NCBI RefSeq assembly: GCF_020745735.1
Contig: NC_083417.1
Coordinates: 72,292,001-72,356,000, forward strand
Reading direction: 5' to 3'
Length of the DNA stretch: 64,000 bases
DNA from: Hemiscyllium ocellatum
Taxonomy: Eukaryota
Below, piece by piece: positions 58,656 through 64,000 of this stretch; within the stretch, counting starts at the first letter, position 1; each line of letters opens with the position of its first letter. A program made the position numbers and the translations under genes. Under the pieces are notes generated by a model. It was not told where the DNA came from. It made no database searches and saw only the letters and a list, made by a program, of their open reading frames with translations.

Positions 58656-58939
58656 AATGTTGGATGACTGGAGAAATTGAGGTTTTGCTAATGAAAAAGA
58701 AGGAAGCATATGTCAGGGATAAACAACAGGGATCAATCAAATCCCTAAAAGAGCATAAAGGCAGTAGAAGTATACTTATAAGGGAAATCAGAAGGGCAAA
58801 AATGGGTCATGAGATAGCTTTGGAAAATAGGGCTAAGGAGACTCCAAACGTATCTTACAAATATATGAAGGACAAATGAGTAAGGAGGACAAGAATTTGG
58901 CAGTTTAAAGATTATCAAGGCTGCCTATGCATCTACCAC

Positions 58940-60780
58940 AAGAACATAGAACATAGAAAAGTCCAGTACAGAACAGACCCTTTGGGCCACGATGTTGTGC
59001 CGAGGATTATTCCTAATCTAACATAAAACAACCTTACCTACGCACCCGCCAATTCACTGTTGTTCATGTGCATGCCCAGCAGTCGCTGAAGTGTCCCTAA
59101 TGACTCTGCTTTCACCATCACTGCTGGCAATGCATTCCATGCATTCACAACTTTCTTCCTCCTAATATCTTAAAACTATCACCCGCCTCCCCTCCCCGCC
59201 CTGTGCCAGTCAATCGTGCCCTCTGGCTATTGACTCTTAACAATCCTATCCACTTGTGTGGCAACTTGGAGGGATCTATGCACTTGTCTCACCAGGGTCT
59301 TGCGTGCTGCAGCAAAACCTCGTGGCTTTTAAGCTCGATCCCACTGTTAATGAAAGCCAAAACACCATATGCTTTCTTAACAATCCTATCCACTTTTGTG
59401 GCAAATTGGAGGGATCTATGGCCTTGAAGACCAAGATCCCTTTGTTCCTCCACATTGCCAAGAATCCTGTCTTTAATCCTATATTCAACATTCACATTTG
59501 ACCTTCCAAAATGCATCACTTCGCATTTATCCAGGTTGAACTCCATCTGCCATTACTCAGCCCAGCTCTGCATCCTGTCTCTCATTACCTTGTCTACCTC
59601 GATCAGGTCACCTCTCTTCCTACTTCTCTCCAGGTCAACCTTTCTTCGTAAGACAAGCCCCCTAGGCCAGGTAGCATCCTGGTAAACCTTTTTTGAACCC
59701 ATTCCAAATTCTCCATATCTTTCCTATAAGAGAGCCACCAGAATATTCCAAATGTGTCTCACCAGGGTTTTGCAGTGCTGCAGCAAAACCTCGCGGCTTT
59801 TAAGCTTGATCCCACTGTTAATGAAAGCCAAAACAACATATGCTTTCTTAACAATCCTATCCACTTTTGTGGCAACTTGGAGGGATCTATGCCCTTGATG
59901 ACCAAAATCCCTTTGGTCCTCCACACTGCCAAGAATCCTGTCTTTAATCCTATATTCAACATTCACGTTTGACCTTCCAAAATGCATCACTTCGCATTTT
60001 TCCAGGTTGAACTCCATCTGCCATTTCTCAGCCTAGCTCTGCATCCTGTCTGTGTTGCCCTGCAACCTGCAATAGCCCTTGATACTATCAACAGCACCTC
60101 CAACCTTTGTGTCACTGGCAAATTTACTAACCAACTCCTTAACTTCCTCATCCAAATCATGTATAAAATCTACAAAGAGTAGAGACCCAAGAACACAACC
60201 CTGCGGGACACCCCTCAACACTGACCTCCAGGCAGAATACTTTCCATCGACAATCACTCTCTGCCTTCTATGAGCCAACCAATTTGGAATCCTGATAGCC
60301 AAATCTCCTGTATCCCACACTTCCTGACTTTATGAATGTGCCTACCGTGGAAATCTTATTAAATGCCTTGCTGAAGTCCACATACACCACATCCACTGCT
60401 CGACCTTTGTCCATCTCTCTCATCACCTCCACAAAGAACTCAATGAGGTTTGTGAGGCATGACTGCCCTTCACAAAGCCATGATGACTGCCTCTAATCAC
60501 ACTACGCTTTTCCAAATAGTCATAAATCTTACCCCTCAGAATTCTTTCCAAAGCTTTGCTGACCACAGACGTAACACTGACTGGTCTGTAATTGCCAGGG
60601 ATTTCCCTATTACCCTTCTTGTAAAGAGGAACAACCCTCCTTCCAATCCTCTGGTACGACTCACGCGTAGAGTGAGTAACCAAAATCTTTACCAGTGGCT
60701 TAACAATCTCTTTTTTCACTTCTTGGAGCAACCGAGAATGAAGCTGTTCTTGCCCTGGTACTTACCAGAGATGGGGCAGA
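58940..60780 (-). mobile_element. CR1 LINE ORF2 3' part with internal duplications
   Basis: RT motifs PGNYRPVSVTS, GVPQGCVLG and MEFNL[D/E]KCEVMHFG (twice); tail at about 58950. Confidence 0.92.
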
Positions 60781-62460
60781 TACTAAATGAGTATTTTGCA
60801 TCAGTATTTCCTGTGGAGAAGGATATGGAAGCTAGAGATTGGGGAAATAAAGAACGATAGCTTGAAAAATGTCTGTATTCCAGAAGAGGAGGTGCTAAAC
60901 ATTATAAAACTCATAAAGATGGATACATCCCCAGAACCTGATCAGGCGTATCCGAGGATTTTGTAGGAAGCTAGTGAAGTGATTGTTAGGGTCCCTTGCT
61001 GAGATATTTGTACCATCAATAGTCACAGCGGAAGTTTCTGAAGACTGGAGGTTGGCTAACGTGGTGCCACTATTTAAGAAAGTTGATAAGGAAAAGCCAG
61101 GGAACTATAGACATGGCAGCCTGATGTTGGTGCTGAGAAAATTGTTGGAGGGGATCATGAGGGTCAGCATTTATACGTATTTGGAAAGGCAAGGGTTGAT
61201 TAGGGAAAGTCAACCCGGCTTTATACTTGGGAAATCATGTCTCACTAATTTGATTGAGTTTTTTGAGGAAGTATAGGAGAAGATTGATGAGGCAGAGCAG
61301 TGGACATGATCAATATGCATTTGACAAAGTTCTTCATGCTGACCTGGTTAGAAAGTTTAGATCACATGGAACACAAGGAGAACGAGCCATTTGGATACAG
61401 AACTGGCTCAAAGATAGGAGACAGAGGGTGGTGGCAGATGGTTGCTTTTTAGACTGGAGGCCTGTGATCAACAGTGTGTCACAAAGAAAGGTGTTGAGTT
61501 CACTGGTTTTCATCACTTATAATAATGATTTAGATGTGAATATAGGAGGAATACTTTGTATGTTTGCACATGACACCAAAATTAGGGGTGTACAGCACTG
61601 TGAAGAAGGTTACCTCAGAGTACAATGGGACTTTGATCAAATGGACCAATGAGCTGAGGCATGGCAGATGGAGTTTAATGTTGATATATGTGAGGTGCTG
61701 CATTTTGGAAAGGTGAATCAGGGCAGGATTTATACATTTAATGGTAAAGTCCTAGTAAGGTTGCTCACCAAAGAGTCCTTGGAATGCAGGTTCATAGTTC
61801 CTTGAAATTGGAGTTACATGTAGATAGGATAGTGACGGAGGTGTTTTATATGCTTGCCTTTATTGATCATTGCATTGAGTACAGTAATTTATAGGTAATG
61901 TTGTGGCTGTACAGTTCATTTGTTCGGCCAGTTTTAGAATACTGAGTTCAATTCTGGTCTTCCTGCAATATGAAGGATGATGTGAAACTTGAAAGGTTTC
62001 ACAAAAGGTTGTTGACAGGGTTGGAATGTTTGAGCTATAGGGAGTGGCTGAATAGGCTGAGGCTGTTTTCCCAGGAATATCAGCGACTGAGGGGTGACCA
62101 TTTTGAGGTTTATAAAATCATGGATAGATTGAATAGTCAAGGTCTTAAATCCATGGTACGGGAGTCCACAATTAGAGTGCATAGGTTTACAGCGATAGGG
62201 GTAAGATTTGGAAGGGACTTCATGGGCACCATTTTCGAGCCAAGGATGGTGCGTGTGTGTTATGTGTCCCCAGAAGAAGTGATAGAGGCTAGTACAATTA
62301 CATCATTTAAAAGACAACTGGATGGGGATTTGAACAGGAAGAGTTTCGAAGATATGGCCAAATGCCACCTAGTGGGATTAGATTGATTTATGAAATCTGG
62401 TCTGCATGGATGGATTGAATCAAAGGGTCTGTTTCCATGCTGTATACACCTCTATGCCTC
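60770..62460 (+). mobile_element. CR1 LINE ORF2 3' part, degenerate
   Basis: DWRLANVVPLFKK, KSCLTNLIEFFEEV and MFAHDTK plus tail. Confidence 0.9.
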
Positions 62461-62959
62461 TGTGACTTTGTACCTGTTTCTAGTATATATCGCCATGAGG
62501 TACATTATTACAAAGTTAAAATTGAAGTCATTGACCTTGATTCTCAATATAAGTTATTTAGGGAGTTGCTTCTCCATTGTGTGCTTGTCGTTTTAATTGC
62601 AGGTGCTTTGTTAATGATATTTCTAAATGGTGGCATCTTTAAAAGACTTTTCGAGTCTCCAAGTATTGATCAATAAGTACCTTCATCAAGCCACTCACAT
62701 AACTTATTAAAGAGTTCAGCTAAGTTAATAATATTCAAGATGTTATTAATAATCAGTGTTCAATTTCATTTCTCAGCATGTATCTTCATCCTTCCTAAAT
62801 ATCCTGTGTTAAAGTGTTTCACAATTTTCATTCTGAAATGGCTGACTGGTATGTAGTTATTTGACTGAAACTTCTCCAAAAATTACATAATAAATCTACC
62901 TGTATATCATTTGTTAGCAATCTGATAGATGGAGATGAGGATCACAATTGAAACCCAGG

Positions 62960-63260
62960 TCATCTATACAATGGTATCAGAGAAAGGACCCAATGGCACA
63001 ACCTGAGAGTAAAGGGAAGACCTTTTAGAACGGCAAGAATGAGAAACGCCTTCAGCCAGGGAGTGGCAAATCGATGGCTGTGGAAGGCTGTGGAGACCAG
63101 ATCAATGAATATGATTAAGATTGAGATAGATAGGTTCTTGTGTATCAAGGGGATCAAGAGTTATGACGTGAAAGCAGGAGAATGGGGTTCAGCCATGATT
63201 GAATGGTGGAGCAGATTTGATGGGATGAATGGTCTAATTTTTGTTTTTATGTCTTATAGT
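62960..63260 (+). mobile_element. CR1 3' tail fragment
   Basis: RNAFSQGVANRW...KIEIDRFL plus tail. Confidence 0.75.
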
Positions 63261-63264
63261 CTTT

Positions 63265-63440
63265 TAGATTAGACTTACAGTGTGGAAACAGGCCCTTCGG
63301 CCCAACAAGTCCACACCAACCCGCCGAAGCGCAACCCACCCATACCCCTACATTTACCCCTTACCTAACACTATGGGCAATTTAGCATGGCCAATTCACC
63401 TGACCCGCACATCTTTGTGACTGTGGGAGGAAACCGGAGG
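63265..63440 (-). mobile_element. Young HE1-type SINE, 5'-truncated
   Basis: Near-identical to the reverse complement of the 3' part of the 53330 copy. Confidence 0.9.
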
Positions 63441-63728
63441 GTCGGTGACCGTTACAATCAGCAAACATCAACAGTAAAGATTAAACCATCTGGCATTACA
63501 CAATAGATGTTCTTCACCTCGTTAAACCACTGCCTGTGCCTCCAGCACATCACCGTTTACTGCAAGTTCTTAGCTGGCCAAAGTCATGCCAGGTAAACCT
63601 TTGTCACGCAACCCTGAACTTAACTCTTTCCCTACCTGCTCATACTTATACACATTCTCATTCCCTCTTTTTATCATTTCATGATAACCACCTAGATGAC
63701 ACTGCCATCTTCTTCATAAAACTCTTAC

Positions 63729-63824
63729 TGCCAGGTCTTAAGCAAGTTATTGACACACAACATGCAATGAATATAACGACAAAAATTACAAGTCCATGCA
63801 ATAGATAGGATCTGCAGGATCCTC
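63729..63824 (-). other. Candidate TM exon of a minus-strand gene extending beyond the window (GGSCRSYLLHGLVIFVVIFIACCVSITCLRPG)
   Basis: 96 nt, phase 1-1, ttttccacgtag| acceptor and GGCA|GTAAGA donor. About 22 hydrophobic residues, juxtamembrane Cys, then basic residues. Confidence 0.5.
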
Positions 63825-64000
63825 CTACGTGGAAAACTGATTTCACCTGTAAAGTTCTTAAGTCCTCAGTTCTCATTGACAATTCCACCCCCTCCGAGTC
63901 GAGTGGAAATGAGACAGTTATCCGAAATCTCCTTCAGTAAAGTCCAGCCTGAAAATGAAATCCAGTCTGTGCTTCTGCATTACTCCATGGAGATATCGCA

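Noticed and set aside
62437-62676. + strand ORF with a hydrophobic stretch
   Set aside because: It starts inside a CR1 tail, and no phase-1 acceptor/donor pair encloses the hydrophobic segment.
63847-63948. Minus-strand exon candidate just upstream of the 63.8 kb TM exon
   Set aside because: Stops in all three phases, and it would leave an impossible 22-nt intron.
1-64000. Prokaryotic features (CRISPR arrays, operons) or genuine tRNA/rRNA genes
   Set aside because: The sequence is intron-containing vertebrate DNA with no spacer arrays. The tRNA-like segments are SINE heads or PBS remnants.

Overview
Eukaryotic, repeat-rich DNA, very probably from an elasmobranch (shark): it carries HE1/V-SINE-type SINEs, CR1 LINEs with an esterase ORF1, and Penelope-like elements. 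The species assignment is inference. Most long ORFs in the supplied track are retroelement debris. The real signal is a tandem cluster of non-rearranging Ig-superfamily receptor genes on the + strand with the layout leader / germline-joined VJ domain / C1-set domain / TM / cytoplasmic exons. R1 (6585-10441, 276 aa) has an Arg in its TM and a short tail (activating type). R2 (42580-54135, 321 aa when exon Cyt2 is skipped) has a neutral TM and an ITIM tail (inhibitory type). R0 is an upstream paralog seen only as two decayed tail exons (36-393). Key observation: downstream of the R1 stop lie fossil copies of all three inhibitory-tail exons, with a nonsense codon, an AG>GG acceptor, ITIM Tyr>Phe, frameshifts and a CR1 insertion, while its ectodomain and TM exons are intact. 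This looks like an inhibitory-to-activating conversion inside a paired-receptor family with an antigen-receptor-like VJ-C1 ectodomain. Two orphan TM-like exons on the minus strand (about 34.9 kb and 63.8 kb) may be further genes. All gene models were built by eye from splice signals, intron phase and paralog comparison. No database search was possible, so novelty is unverified.
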